From a virus: a DNA stretch of 64,000 bases. The stretch covers positions 24,413-88,412 of IMG/VR virus record IMGVR_UViG_3300032271_000867; one strand, 5' to 3'. Positions within the stretch are counted from its first letter, which is position 1. Each line of letters opens with the position of its first letter. Shown here piece by piece: positions 1 to 10,217 of this stretch. The notes under the pieces are model-generated. The model was not told where the DNA came from. It searched no databases and was given only the letters and a program-made list of their open reading frames with translations. Made by a program: the position numbers and the translations under genes.

Positions 1-1987
1 CCCATTTATCCACAATGTGAATGTCAGCAATTAAAGGCACTGTAATTTCAGTAAGTTTAATTCCTTCCATTGAAATACGGATGGCTTCAGCTGTTTCTTC
101 TGCACGGTCTTCTGGAGTAATTGTCACAAGTTCATCGTGTACTGTAAGAATTACATTAATGTTAGGTTCATCTACAAAACATGAGTGAGCACGAACAATA
201 GCCAACTTCATTAAATCAGCTGCAGATCCTTGAATAACAGTATTAAATGCCTGACGTTCAGCTCTTGCAAGTAGTCCAACCTCTTTACTTAGAAGGTCCG
301 GAATGTAACGTCTACGTCCTAATACAGTCTCTACATAGGGAATAGCTCCACTACGTTTCGCATCACGAACAACTTGACCTTTATAACGATTAATTGAAGA
401 AAACTTTTGTTCAAAATCACTTAATAGTTTTTTAGCATCTTGAACACTGCACCCAATAGAAGCTGCAATTTTGTCAGGGCCAACGCCGTATGAAATAGCA
501 AGAACAAGAACTTTACCTGCTTTGCGATCTACTCCCATAGTATTACCAATAGTAGTGTAAATATCTCCGCCAGTAATATAGTTGTTTATTAAAACTTCAT
601 CTTTAGAAAAAGCAGCAATAATACGAGGCTCAATTTGAGAGTAATCAGCTACTACTAATTTATAACCTGGAGGAGCTACAAATAAATTACGTACTAATTT
701 TCCATAATCACCTGATGATGGAATATTTTGTAGGTTAGGTTCACTGGATGAAAAACGACCAGTTTCTGCGCCATGAGCTTTAAAATTAGTATGAACACGT
801 CCATTAATTAACAATGAGCGTTTATTATGAATTTTTTCAATACCTTTGCTAGTACGTTTTACTTCTCCACCAGTATAGGGAACTACGTAAGTAGTCATTA
901 ATTTATTTAAATCTTGATATTCCAAAATACTATCTACTAGCTCATCTTTATTTCTGTAAAACTCTAGGGCGTCTGCACTTACTGAAAAATGAGAAGCATT
1001 AAGTGGTTGTTTTGCTTTAAATGCTTCTGTACCTTTAGGAGTAAGTGCTACTTTAAGTCTAGTGTTTGGGGTAATCCTAGGTTTTTTTCCTTCTTCTGCA
1101 GTAAACAATAATTTTTGTTTTTCTGGAATTGAATTTATTGGAAATGCTTTGCCTGCAATTTTATACACCTTAGCTTCTGCTTTTAATTTATCGGCATTAA
1201 TTTGCTCTGCCAATACTTTAAGAGCGTTTTGATCCATATATGCACCAGTTAATTCCATATCACAAAGTGCAGACAAAACATCCATTTCTAATTTCCATAT
1301 TCGTTTTAAATTGCCTGTAATTTTGGCGTTTAAAACTTTATACAATTTCCAGGTGAGATCAGAATCAATTCCTGAGTAATTCGCTACATCAGAAAATGAA
1401 TGTAGTGCAACATTTTCTCCAATACCTTTTTCCATGTTAACGCCAAGCTCACGTTCAACACACGCTTTCAGATTTAACCCATTTTTATTTTGATTATTTA
1501 TTATAAATGCAGCTGTAAGAGTATCAAAATAAGGTTTACTTGGCACACGTCCTTTGTAATATTTTGCTACGGATTTAAGGTCAAATTTTGCGTTATGCGC
1601 TACTTTTAAAGCAGGTCCAAACATAATTGGTTCAATTGTTTTAAAAACTTCTGCTGGAGTTAATTGTGCAGGTGGTTCTGCAAAAATAGGCTCCCATTTT
1701 TTTTGATCTTTAGAAAAGTGAGACTCTAGAAGTTCTTTTCCCTCTGCAATGCGTTTTTTACCTGAAAGTAATACGGGTTTATTCCAATATTCAAATTCAC
1801 CATTAGGGTGTCCCATAGGAATAACATCTATTCGATTATCAGTAGCAAATGAAATCCAGCAAACATCATTAATGACTGGATATAAACGGTTTTCACCAAT
1901 GGTCTCTACGTCAAATGCAAATGCATCTACGTTTTTGTAATATTCTACAAATTCTTGTAGTTGTTCTTGTGTAGTAATAATATTCAT
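1..1987 (-). CDS. polA: Family A DNA polymerase with N-terminal 3'-5' exonuclease; C-terminus just outside the window
   Basis: Absent from the ORF track because its stop lies outside the window. Manual translation from ATG 1987: MNIITTQEQL..AFDVET (ExoI), VAHNAKFD (ExoII), TGRFSSSEPNLQNIP, ADYSQIEPR (motif A), RKAGKVLVLAISYG (motif B), TVHDELV (motif C), ending ..IVDKW at the edge. Confidence 0.97.
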   Translation of the reverse strand, partial: MNIITTQEQLQEFVEYYKNVDAFAFDVETIGENRLYPVINDVCWISFATDNRIDVIPMGHPNGEFEYWNKPVLLSGKKRIAEGKELLESHFSKDQKKWEPIFAEPPAQLTPAEVFKTIEPIMFGPALKVAHNAKFDLKSVAKYYKGRVPSKPYFDTLTAAFIINNQNKNGLNLKACVERELGVNMEKGIGENVALHSFSDVANYSGIDSDLTWKLYKVLNAKITGNLKRIWKLEMDVLSALCDMELTGAYMDQNALKVLAEQINADKLKAEAKVYKIAGKAFPINSIPEKQKLLFTAEEGKKPRITPNTRLKVALTPKGTEAFKAKQPLNASHFSVSADALEFYRNKDELVDSILEYQDLNKLMTTYVVPYTGGEVKRTSKGIEKIHNKRSLLINGRVHTNFKAHGAETGRFSSSEPNLQNIPSSGDYGKLVRNLFVAPPGYKLVVADYSQIEPRIIAAFSKDEVLINNYITGGDIYTTIGNTMGVDRKAGKVLVLAISYGVGPDKIAASIGCSVQDAKKLLSDFEQKFSSINRYKGQVVRDAKRSGAIPYVETVLGRRRYIPDLLSKEVGLLARAERQAFNTVIQGSAADLMKLAIVRAHSCFVDEPNINVILTVHDELVTITPEDRAEETAEAIRISMEGIKLTEITVPLIADIHIVDKW

Positions 1988-2009
1988 AATTCCCTCAAAG
2001 ATAAGTATA

Positions 2010-2047
2010 GGGGGCTAAGATACCAACCAAAAAATATCTTAGCCCCC
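2010..2047 (-). terminator. Perfect 13-bp hairpin between SSB and polA, probable terminator/attenuator
   Basis: GGGGGCTAAGATA (2010-2022) / TATCTTAGCCCCC (2035-2047), 12-nt loop; U-tract weak. Confidence 0.6.
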
Positions 2048-2069
2048 ATGGGGTGGAGTGAGAAGTAAG

Positions 2070-2720
2070 TTATGCTACAGCTTTAGCAACATCCATCAGC
2101 TCTTGACGAGTTGACATACGAACTACTGAGGAATCATACGGAATTGCGTTAGCAACCATTTCATTAACATCATCAATGTCAATGTCCCACTCTTCGGCAA
2201 GGTCGGTTGCACGGACACGTTCGAGGGTATACGTTGTCTGTGGGCCGGTACCTTGACGAGAAATTGACCAGCAGTGCTTTGTTAGCGGACCACGACGTGG
2301 GTCGTCATTTGCTGCACGAAGCTGACGGGCCAAAGTTGAAGAAGCAGTCAATACTTGTACAGTAGGAGTTTCATCCGAAATTACAATAATATTGAACGCA
2401 AACTTACCACGTGGTTTGAGGTAAGCTATGTGGCATAGAGGGCACTCTACGCCTAAACAAACAAATGATTTTTTACCCTCACGCTCTACCCAGTGCGACT
2501 CATACGACATAAATGGCGCATCTTCTAGGAAGCGGATAAGTTGAGTTTCCTCACTGATCTTAAAGTCAGTAGGATAATCACCTGATTGAGCCTTTGGTTT
2601 GAGAAGAGCATCAGCTGCTCCCCAACCTGCTTGAACGGTGGTTCCATGTTTTGGCGTTACGTCTGCATCATCGTCTACTAGGTAGTCGTTGACATTGACA
2701 GTTGGATTGGCAATTGCCAT
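2070..2720 (-). CDS. Single-stranded DNA-binding protein (gp32-like, Zn-binding)
   Basis: IRFLED..Y..HW, CLGVECPLC, SRQGTGPQTTY pattern of phage gp32-like SSBs; next to polA; ATG 2720 has an AAAGGA SD. Confidence 0.75.
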   Translation of the reverse strand: MAIANPTVNVNDYLVDDDADVTPKHGTTVQAGWGAADALLKPKAQSGDYPTDFKISEETQLIRFLEDAPFMSYESHWVEREGKKSFVCLGVECPLCHIAYLKPRGKFAFNIIVISDETPTVQVLTASSTLARQLRAANDDPRRGPLTKHCWSISRQGTGPQTTYTLERVRATDLAEEWDIDIDDVNEMVANAIPYDSSVVRMSTRQELMDVAKAVA

Positions 2721-2787
2721 TGTATCGTTTCCTTTTATATAGTCAGAGATTAACACTCTGTATTGGCATGAGGCTTTTCAGCTCTCG

Positions 2788-3267
2788 TTATTTATTATAC
2801 ACTACTTCTGACCATTGTTTTTCAATGGCTTTAGTCAGATCTTCGTGTTTTTTCCACTCTACACGAGCAGAACCTAATAAATTACGTTTTTCAAATTCTT
2901 CAATTGCAATTTCAATTAGTTCTCGTGTATAAACACGATTTCCACTAACTTTTTTTTCATTTAAAATTTTTGAACGTAATCTATAGGGAGAAGCAGGAAT
3001 ATAACCTTTTTTCTCCCATAAACGGATAGTAACTATTTGTTTTTCTAATGCTAATGCTAATGCACTAATTGTAAACATTTCGGTTTCTACACCATTTAGA
3101 ATTTTTTTGATTGGATTTTCATCCCAACCATTTGATTCATTTAGAATTTTAGCACGTCTTTTTTTAGATAAATCTGTTGGATCTTTGCGTTTTTGCTTAG
3201 ATCCTGGAACGTATTCTAAATCTTCAAATGCTTTTAAAATTTCTTCTTGACTTCTAATTCCAGTCAA
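2788..3267 (-). CDS. MerR-type HTH DNA-binding protein
   Basis: FTISALALALEKQIVTIRLWEKKGYIP...NRVYTRELI matches the MerR winged HTH. Confidence 0.75.
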   Translation of the reverse strand: MTGIRSQEEILKAFEDLEYVPGSKQKRKDPTDLSKKRRAKILNESNGWDENPIKKILNGVETEMFTISALALALEKQIVTIRLWEKKGYIPASPYRLRSKILNEKKVSGNRVYTRELIEIAIEEFEKRNLLGSARVEWKKHEDLTKAIEKQWSEVVYNK

Positions 3268-3268
3268 T

Positions 3269-3706
3269 TTATTTCTTCTTAGTTACTAGTGCCCAAGTTT
3301 CTTTAATAGGGAACATCCTATCAACTTCAGTTTCAGTGAGCTTATCTTCATATAATGCAGACATAATTGCTTGTTCGTCAATTACCCGGATTGTTTTGTA
3401 TAGAAGATCTTCTAATCCTTTTTCAGCAATTAATTCATCAGCAACAGTCTCATCAATTTTACGGCTAACTCTACGTTGCTTTTCAATACGAACAATTCCA
3501 GCTACTGCACTTGGAAGTTGATATTTCCAACCACTTAGATCTTCTTCGCCTTCATTTTCAATTTGTTCAATAATTTTATCACGAAGAAGTTTGGCCCTTT
3601 CTTCTAGGGCATCAATTGAAGTTTTCAATTTAGCAAATTCTGCAACTTGACTATTAAAATCATTTGGATTTGAAATGCGTGGTTCTTCATCGGCTATTCT
3701 TGCCAT
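3269..3706 (-). CDS. Hypothetical coiled-coil phage protein
   Basis: 145-aa ORF with GGAG SD, tightly packed; N-terminal heptad pattern. Confidence 0.6.
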   Translation of the reverse strand: MARIADEEPRISNPNDFNSQVAEFAKLKTSIDALEERAKLLRDKIIEQIENEGEEDLSGWKYQLPSAVAGIVRIEKQRRVSRKIDETVADELIAEKGLEDLLYKTIRVIDEQAIMSALYEDKLTETEVDRMFPIKETWALVTKKK

Positions 3707-3716
3707 TTTGTACTCC

Positions 3717-5291
3717 TTATTGTTGGTTTAAATTGTTGCTCAAAAAGTCTATCAGACTTCCTGCAGTAAAATCAATTCCGCCTTTGTCGTTAATTCCGAC
3801 TCCATCAAGTATTGCTCCTGCAACTATTTTCTTTTGATTAAGCATATCATATTGTCTTTGCTCTATTGAATTTTTGATCAGTATGTCTTGAATGGTAATT
3901 GTTGGCCATTCACTTGATGTTCTGTTAATCCTACCATTACGTTGAACAGCAAGTCCGGCAGACCAAGGTTGGTCATAATTTATTAAAAGGTTAGCTTGGG
4001 GTAGATCAACACCATATCCACCAGCATCACTACTAATAAGAACACGAGTATCAATATTAGATTGAAAATCAAGTTTTGCAACTTCTTTTTCTTTGGCATT
4101 CATTTCCCCTGTGTACATTACTGAACTAATACTACTGTCTTTAAACTCCATAAATAATTGAGTTACACTCCACAAATAAGAAGAAAAAATAACTACCTTA
4201 TATTTTGGATCAATGCTTAAATGATCTTTAACATATTGTACTACTGCATCTTGCTTTACTTTTTTAGTTATGTCTTCTAATTTATCACCTAAAGAAGAGA
4301 TATAGGCACTTCCTTTTCCCGTATGATTGTCAAACATTTTTTTACTAACTTGTAAAATTGCCGGGTTACTGCACAGCATCCGTAAGGCTGTAATTCTTGA
4401 CATTATTTGTCCCCGCATCTCGTTAGCCGGGTCATTTAGGTCTCTAGATTGGCCGTAATGGGCAGCAATGCTAAAGTTTGTTCCGAATGTATCTCTGGCT
4501 TCTATTAGCAGCTCTATAAGGTCAGAGACAATAAAGTTGTATAGTTTTTGACTCTTTGAATCTAATGAGATTAATAGTGGTTCACGATAAACTGCATCCG
4601 GTAAGTAAGGTTTTACATCTTCATCATTTTGAGATTTGCGTACTGAGTACGAAGAAACTTTAGAATGTAAAGTTGGAAGATTAACATATCTATCTACTCC
4701 TCCAAATTGATTACGAATAATAAATGCTTTATCAAATAGATCAAATCTACCTAAAATTTTTGGATCTACAAACTGCATGATTGAGTAGATTTCTTCAGGT
4801 CTGCCATTCTCAACTGGTGTGCCGGTCAGTGCAAATCTTACTGGAATCTTTTTAGAAAGTTCTTTTACTTTTTTAGCACGTTTGGCTTTGAATCCTTTAA
4901 TAGCAGTTGCTTCATCACAAATGATGGCATCAAAGTCATGTTGTTTAATTATGTCCCAATCATTTACTATCTGTTCGTAGTTCATGATTACATAATCATT
5001 TGATATAAGTTGTTGATATTGTTCTTTACGTTGCTTTGGATTTCCATCTATAACAATTGATGACGAATCACTGAATTTAACAATTTCTTTTTGCCATTGA
5101 TATTTAAGTGAAGAAAGGCATAGGACAAGGACCGTTTTGGTCATCTTGCCTATGCCTCTTAGTTCTTCAATAGCTGCAATTGTCATAGGTGTTTTACCTA
5201 AACCCATTTCATATGCAACCAAAATATTCTTTTGTTTTACCATTTTTTCAACGGCTTCAACTTGGTAAGGTTTCAACGTTCCTTTGAACAT
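3717..5291 (-). CDS. SNF2/SF2 helicase
   Basis: LKPYQ, EMGLGKT, ICDEAT, ALTGTPVEN, GGYGVDL, QRNGRINR; ATG 5291 follows a GGAG SD. Confidence 0.93.
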   Translation of the reverse strand: MFKGTLKPYQVEAVEKMVKQKNILVAYEMGLGKTPMTIAAIEELRGIGKMTKTVLVLCLSSLKYQWQKEIVKFSDSSSIVIDGNPKQRKEQYQQLISNDYVIMNYEQIVNDWDIIKQHDFDAIICDEATAIKGFKAKRAKKVKELSKKIPVRFALTGTPVENGRPEEIYSIMQFVDPKILGRFDLFDKAFIIRNQFGGVDRYVNLPTLHSKVSSYSVRKSQNDEDVKPYLPDAVYREPLLISLDSKSQKLYNFIVSDLIELLIEARDTFGTNFSIAAHYGQSRDLNDPANEMRGQIMSRITALRMLCSNPAILQVSKKMFDNHTGKGSAYISSLGDKLEDITKKVKQDAVVQYVKDHLSIDPKYKVVIFSSYLWSVTQLFMEFKDSSISSVMYTGEMNAKEKEVAKLDFQSNIDTRVLISSDAGGYGVDLPQANLLINYDQPWSAGLAVQRNGRINRTSSEWPTITIQDILIKNSIEQRQYDMLNQKKIVAGAILDGVGINDKGGIDFTAGSLIDFLSNNLNQQ

Positions 5292-6258
5292 AGGCAGGTT
5301 CTCCGAGTAGTGAGGATTGAGAGTTTTCAATGCCCCAACGGATCTCTTCACTTGTCATTTCGCCAGGGTCTTTTGCACTACTACTACCATAATTGAAAAA
5401 GAATAGATTTAAATTGTATTTACGTGCTAATTTTAGTATTTCTTTACTAGCTTTATTACCGGCTGCATCATTGTCAAAAGCTACGATTACTTTTTGTGAG
5501 TATCGGAGAAGTCTGATCTGTTCTTCACTAACACTACTGCCACAAATAGCAACAGCACCGACCACGCCGACAGAATACAAGCGAAGGCAATCCAAAGGGG
5601 ATTCCACGACAATAGTGCACAATTCATTTTGATTCTCGATTCCAAATAGTGTTTTTGATTTTTGTAGTCCAGCTGGGCGGTTCATAAAGGTACGGTTTAT
5701 TGTACCTTTTTCTTGCCAACCCATTAGGTTATTAAAGTGAGGTTCTCTAAGAGGTAGGATCCAATTTTTCTTTACTGAATCCCATAGTACTCCATAAACC
5801 TGTGCAGATTCTAAAGTTATGTTTCTTTTGTCTAGTTCATCTTGTGAAGGATCAACAAATATTGCAAGTCTAGCTTCTGACATAGGAACTGGTTTTGGTA
5901 ACTCATGTATGTACGTAGGAATGTTTGCTAATCTTTCAGCCAATACTTCCATAGAAACTTCTGCTACAGTTTTTAGCCATTCTTCCGCTGTCTTGTAATC
6001 ATAGTCGTAACTATCATTCCAAGATGGCAGATAAAATCCTTGTACATCACAAATTAAATGTAAAAGATTTCCCTTGTAACCACAAGAAAAACATATATGC
6101 ATTCCTGTATCAAGATTAATCCACCAGGATGGTGAATGGTCTTGTTTTCCTACATTTTTAATGTGTCCGGGACAGAGTGCATTTGCTTCATGGCCATTTG
6201 TTTGAAATAATACCCCTAATGCTTCAAGTACTAGTTCAATATCTGAGTCAAACATCAT
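5257..6258 (-). CDS. dnaG: DNA primase (CHC2 Zn finger + TOPRIM)
   Basis: CPGH..DHSPS..CFSCG Zn domain; VVESPLD, AFDNDAAG, KDPGE TOPRIM motifs. Confidence 0.9.
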   Translation of the reverse strand: MMFDSDIELVLEALGVLFQTNGHEANALCPGHIKNVGKQDHSPSWWINLDTGMHICFSCGYKGNLLHLICDVQGFYLPSWNDSYDYDYKTAEEWLKTVAEVSMEVLAERLANIPTYIHELPKPVPMSEARLAIFVDPSQDELDKRNITLESAQVYGVLWDSVKKNWILPLREPHFNNLMGWQEKGTINRTFMNRPAGLQKSKTLFGIENQNELCTIVVESPLDCLRLYSVGVVGAVAICGSSVSEEQIRLLRYSQKVIVAFDNDAAGNKASKEILKLARKYNLNLFFFNYGSSSAKDPGEMTSEEIRWGIENSQSSLLGEPAYVQRNVETLPS

Positions 6259-7502
6259 ACACTCCAGGGAGTGCAATATTTGCAAGAGTTACGCTCTGAA
6301 TCATCATGAAAACATCCTAGATCCCATCGCCAAGTAATTTGTGTTTCAGTTGGTTGACAGTTTCGTGATTGAACAATCTTTAGCACTCGTAATTGATCAT
6401 CTTCTTCAATTGGTTCTAGACCAAGAATTACATCAGAATCTTGGAAAAATGATGATGAATAACCAATAGAGTCTGCTGTTACTTTTCCACCTTTCATCTT
6501 CCACAAAAGAGTTTGGGTAGTAATAACGACAGGAATATTTAAGCGTTGTGCAACACGTTTTAGTCCACGAGTAATATTTGTAATAGCTTGTGGAGTATTA
6601 GCATCACCAGTTTGTTGGTCAATCATTAAATACACACCATCAATAAATAGTATGTCTGGTTTTAATTGGTCTGCTTTAGCTACTAATGCGTCAATTGTCA
6701 ATCCATTTACAGCATCTACAAAATGAAATGGTTTGCGTTCTTTTAATTTGTCAATAAATTCAAGAAGTCTATCTTCTTCTGTACCTTTTAATGTTCCTAG
6801 CCTAAGACGTTGTGCAGATAGATTAGCGCCCATAGACATAAAACGCTGGGTTTGTTCGTGGTTATTCATCTCAAATGACTGAAACATTGGAACTAATCCG
6901 GCTTCATGTACGTTAGCTGCAATTCGCAAAGCAATCTGTGATTTTCCAGTTTTAGGGGGAGCAATGAGAGTAATCAACTGACCACCTTGTAAACCTGCAG
7001 TTGCATCATCAATTACTTTAAATCCAGTAGGTACTCCTAGCAAAACTGAGTTTTGTCGTTGCTCGTACTCTACAAAAAATGCATCAGGATCTTTTGTAAT
7101 ATCAATGTGGGTAGTGCCAATTACACCTTGCTCATTTACTGTTGAAACTACTTTAGACATTTCAACTAGAGCAGATTCATGATCATTGTCAGTCATTAAT
7201 TTGACTACATCTTGTACACCGTTACGAGTAATTCGATTGCGGGTATACTCAACCATTTTATCAAGAAGATAATCAAGTGAATCTTCTACATTAATAATTT
7301 TAAAATTAGGAAAGTTATCTTTAACTGCCGCTGAAGATGGGACTTCTTGATATTTAATATTGTGTTCACGAATAAATTTCCAAACACGACGTAGATCATC
7401 ATCAATGATCCAGTCATCTTTGACACCTCGTTCAATTACGGTGTTAATGTTTTTGTCAGTAATTACTTTACTAACTAGTCTGTGTTCGTTATCGTAGGCC
7501 AT
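6255..7502 (-). CDS. dnaB: DnaB-like replicative helicase
   Basis: GVPTGFKVID..GLQGGQLITLIAPPKTGKS, FQSFEM, LFIDGVYLM, SIGYSSSFFQDSD. Confidence 0.92.
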   Translation of the reverse strand: MAYDNEHRLVSKVITDKNINTVIERGVKDDWIIDDDLRRVWKFIREHNIKYQEVPSSAAVKDNFPNFKIINVEDSLDYLLDKMVEYTRNRITRNGVQDVVKLMTDNDHESALVEMSKVVSTVNEQGVIGTTHIDITKDPDAFFVEYEQRQNSVLLGVPTGFKVIDDATAGLQGGQLITLIAPPKTGKSQIALRIAANVHEAGLVPMFQSFEMNNHEQTQRFMSMGANLSAQRLRLGTLKGTEEDRLLEFIDKLKERKPFHFVDAVNGLTIDALVAKADQLKPDILFIDGVYLMIDQQTGDANTPQAITNITRGLKRVAQRLNIPVVITTQTLLWKMKGGKVTADSIGYSSSFFQDSDVILGLEPIEEDDQLRVLKIVQSRNCQPTETQITWRWDLGCFHDDSERNSCKYCTPWSV

Positions 7503-7523
7503 TTGGTTTTCCTCTAATTTGGT

Positions 7524-7943
7524 TTAAAAGGTTGTGTGCAGTTCTTTTCCGTAAGAACCATATCTAGTAATTCTTTTTGGAGTATCTACTATACACAAAA
7601 GGTTTATTCTATATGGTAATTCAAAAACTAGATCATCTACACTATCGTATATTTCTGTGTAGTTAACAGGGTTTCCCCCTTTACGTTCTAGCTTGTCCAT
7701 TATTTCATCTAGTAATTCCTGCGTCCATTGATCATTTGCAAAAGCAACTAGTTCTACTGATAATCCAAATCGGTTTGCCTGTCTCCAAAGTTCAGAAATA
7801 GCAACACTATTTGGTGTTTTTAATTTTCTTTGTTCAGTTTTTTTAAATAAAGTTTTTTTTATTTCAATTTCAGAATTCCAGATAACATCTGCATGAATAA
7901 TTAATCTTCTTGGTGTTTCATTTGAAATATCTCCATTTTTCAT
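7524..7943 (-). CDS. Hypothetical phage protein
   Basis: 139-aa ORF, ATGA-coupled to the upstream gene. Confidence 0.6.
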   Translation of the reverse strand: MKNGDISNETPRRLIIHADVIWNSEIEIKKTLFKKTEQRKLKTPNSVAISELWRQANRFGLSVELVAFANDQWTQELLDEIMDKLERKGGNPVNYTEIYDSVDDLVFELPYRINLLCIVDTPKRITRYGSYGKELHTTF

Positions 7944-8233
7944 TCTATTACTTCTACAATTCCATATTTTAAAATTAATTGTCTAAATGCTTTTGAATTA
8001 GTTTGTGCTTGAAAAATTTCATCATTAGGAACATCTTCTGGTAAAATGACTGTCAAACTTCCATTTTGTCTTTTTATTTGATTTTTCATAAAAGTAATAT
8101 GAGAACAATTTCCTTCATTAGAAAATATTTTACAAGTACATCTCATATAACTTTTGTTTCCAGCATTTACCTCTATTTCTGAAACGCCTTTTGGTCCTAG
8201 AAAAAATTGAATGGTACGCCAATCATCCTCCAT
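7940..8233 (-). CDS. SWIM-type Zn-finger small protein
   Basis: CTC-x7-CSH motif; ATG 8233 has a GAAGGA SD. Confidence 0.6.
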   Translation of the reverse strand: MEDDWRTIQFFLGPKGVSEIEVNAGNKSYMRCTCKIFSNEGNCSHITFMKNQIKRQNGSLTVILPEDVPNDEIFQAQTNSKAFRQLILKYGIVEVIE

Positions 8234-8249
8234 AGTGAATCCTTCCATA

Positions 8250-8972
8250 TCAACGTTTTCTCAAATCGGCTGTATCTAATTGTACACGAGTAAATGCTTC
8301 ACGAACAAAACTTCCCATCGCATCTCCGTACTGTGCTGCCCAGCGATCTCTTGGAACGTTAGTTGTAACAATTGTGGGAAGTGCACGGTCATAACGAGCT
8401 CTTAGTAGTTCATCAAATGATGTGTCATCATACTTTGAACCATACTCTTTTCCTAGATCATCTAATATAAGAACACGAACATTTAGAGTATCATCTTTAG
8501 CACGTCCGTGTAACCCTTCAAGTTCATGATGTAGTCGATATCTTTCATCTCCATCGGCACTCATTAGTGCTTTTTTCTTAGAAAGAAAATCAGGAAATGT
8601 TTGATAATAAATTGGTCGAAAATGTGACCCAAAATCTTGTGCTTTAATTTTTAGAATATCACGAGTTTGCTCCACATCGTCAGGAAGCTGTCGAACAAAT
8701 TCCATAGCAGCTACTACTGCGTGAGTTGTTTTACCCCGTCCCGGTGCACCATCAAACAATAGCCCTACTCCGGTGTCTTTAAGTCCACCAATTCTTTTGA
8801 TGATTTTTCCATCAAGTGCATCAGCAATCCATTCACTAATTTCATCGGCCCATTCACCAATGTCATCAATAATGTCTTGTGGTTCATATCCCATAAATCT
8901 ACTAGGGATATTTGAGTTATGAAGTAGCCAGGTTCTCTTAATTGCGGAAAGTGTTTGGATGTTGTATGTCAT
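8250..8972 (-). CDS. DnaC/IstB-like AAA+ helicase loader
   Basis: GLLFDGAPGRGKT, LILDDLGKE, LLRARYD..PTIVTTN. Confidence 0.88.
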   Translation of the reverse strand: MTYNIQTLSAIKRTWLLHNSNIPSRFMGYEPQDIIDDIGEWADEISEWIADALDGKIIKRIGGLKDTGVGLLFDGAPGRGKTTHAVVAAMEFVRQLPDDVEQTRDILKIKAQDFGSHFRPIYYQTFPDFLSKKKALMSADGDERYRLHHELEGLHGRAKDDTLNVRVLILDDLGKEYGSKYDDTSFDELLRARYDRALPTIVTTNVPRDRWAAQYGDAMGSFVREAFTRVQLDTADLRKR

Positions 8973-9927
8973 TTTTTTCTCCGATTGATTTTTCATATAT
9001 CTTTAGTTTTTCACGGCCACGCATTGAGTTATCAAACTTTTTTCCATCTGATGCAAATACGTAATCCAGTGGGATTGATTCTTCTGAGCTTACATCATCA
9101 AGTTTTAGATCTTCAACAACTTGAGTAACATTCTCAGTGATTGCTCTAAGAAATATACCATGAGCTTTTAATGGCATTTTTCTGATGGCATTTAGGTTTC
9201 TTTCATCAGAAAAAAACTTATCCATGATCTCTACTTCAATCAAAGCAGTGATTCCAAACTTAGCTCTATTTGCAGCTAATGCACCTCTGAGGTTTTTGGT
9301 ATTAATTAACCCTGGAATGCCACGAATACGATCATAGGCTCTATAAGCAAACTCTGAGGCCGTGTCTGCTGCTGTCCATTCTTCGTGGGGCCGTTGATGT
9401 CTAGTTTTTGGGTCTCTTTTGCTTAGAGGTTTTTGTTTTTTAATTTTTTCTTCATCGAACAAACGTCCAAAACCACCCTCGTCCTCATCCTCAGACCATC
9501 GATTAACCATGTGTTTTTCCTCTCTCGGGGCGGTAGCCCCCAATAAATACGAAGTATTTATTGCTTTAGTACTAATAGTAATAACTGTAGTATCAGTAAT
9601 ATTAGTAACTATATCAGTAGTACTTAGTACTTGGTTACTAGTAGATACATAGTCATGTGTTGATCGCTCATTAGTAAGCGTAATTAAAACTTTGTAAATG
9701 TTGTAAGAATATTTTGCAAGATTGCGACGAGTACGGGTAGTTTGAAGATAGCCTTTTTGTTCTAGGCCCCTAAATCCTCTACGAAGAGAGGCAGTGCTAT
9801 ACCCAGTAAGTTTTGCTAATTCTTTGGTTGTAAGTTTTACGATGCCATTAGCATCCATTTTGCTCTGTAAAGCAAGAAGCGTCTTTAGCTCAACTGCAGC
9901 CAAAGACGCTAATATTGATTGATCCAT
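8938..9927 (-). CDS. Putative replication initiator with N-terminal winged HTH
   Basis: LTTKELAKLTGYSTASLRRGFRGLEQKGYL HTH, Thr-rich linker, directly upstream of the DnaC-like gene (lambda O/P-like layout). Confidence 0.7.
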   Translation of the reverse strand: MDQSILASLAAVELKTLLALQSKMDANGIVKLTTKELAKLTGYSTASLRRGFRGLEQKGYLQTTRTRRNLAKYSYNIYKVLITLTNERSTHDYVSTSNQVLSTTDIVTNITDTTVITISTKAINTSYLLGATAPREEKHMVNRWSEDEDEGGFGRLFDEEKIKKQKPLSKRDPKTRHQRPHEEWTAADTASEFAYRAYDRIRGIPGLINTKNLRGALAANRAKFGITALIEVEIMDKFFSDERNLNAIRKMPLKAHGIFLRAITENVTQVVEDLKLDDVSSEESIPLDYVFASDGKKFDNSMRGREKLKIYEKSIGEKNDIQHPNTFRN

Positions 9928-9935
9928 AAGTAGTC

Positions 9936-10205
9936 CTAATAATATCTACGCTCCCTCGGTGAGGGAGTTGTAACTGTGATTGGTTTATCCAATAGTAGCA
10001 TAAGTGCAAGAGCTACAAAAGAAGAGGCAAATGGCAAAACAAAATCTAGGTGATATAGTAGAAAAATGCCAAGAAAAGAAAGTGGAAGGGTAAAAATTAA
10101 TTTAACAATTTTTTTGCGAACAACTCTCTCTAATAAAGATACGAGTAACTCAGTAGTATACGCTACACCCATTCCAACTATGATTATATAAATAATTAAA
10201 TCCAT
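9936..10205 (-). CDS. Small membrane protein (2-3 TM)
   Basis: Three hydrophobic stretches in 89 aa. Confidence 0.6.
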   Translation of the reverse strand: MDLIIYIIIVGMGVAYTTELLVSLLERVVRKKIVKLIFTLPLSFLGIFLLYHLDFVLPFASSFVALALMLLLDKPITVTTPSPRERRYY

Positions 10206-10217
10206 AATTTAAGTATA

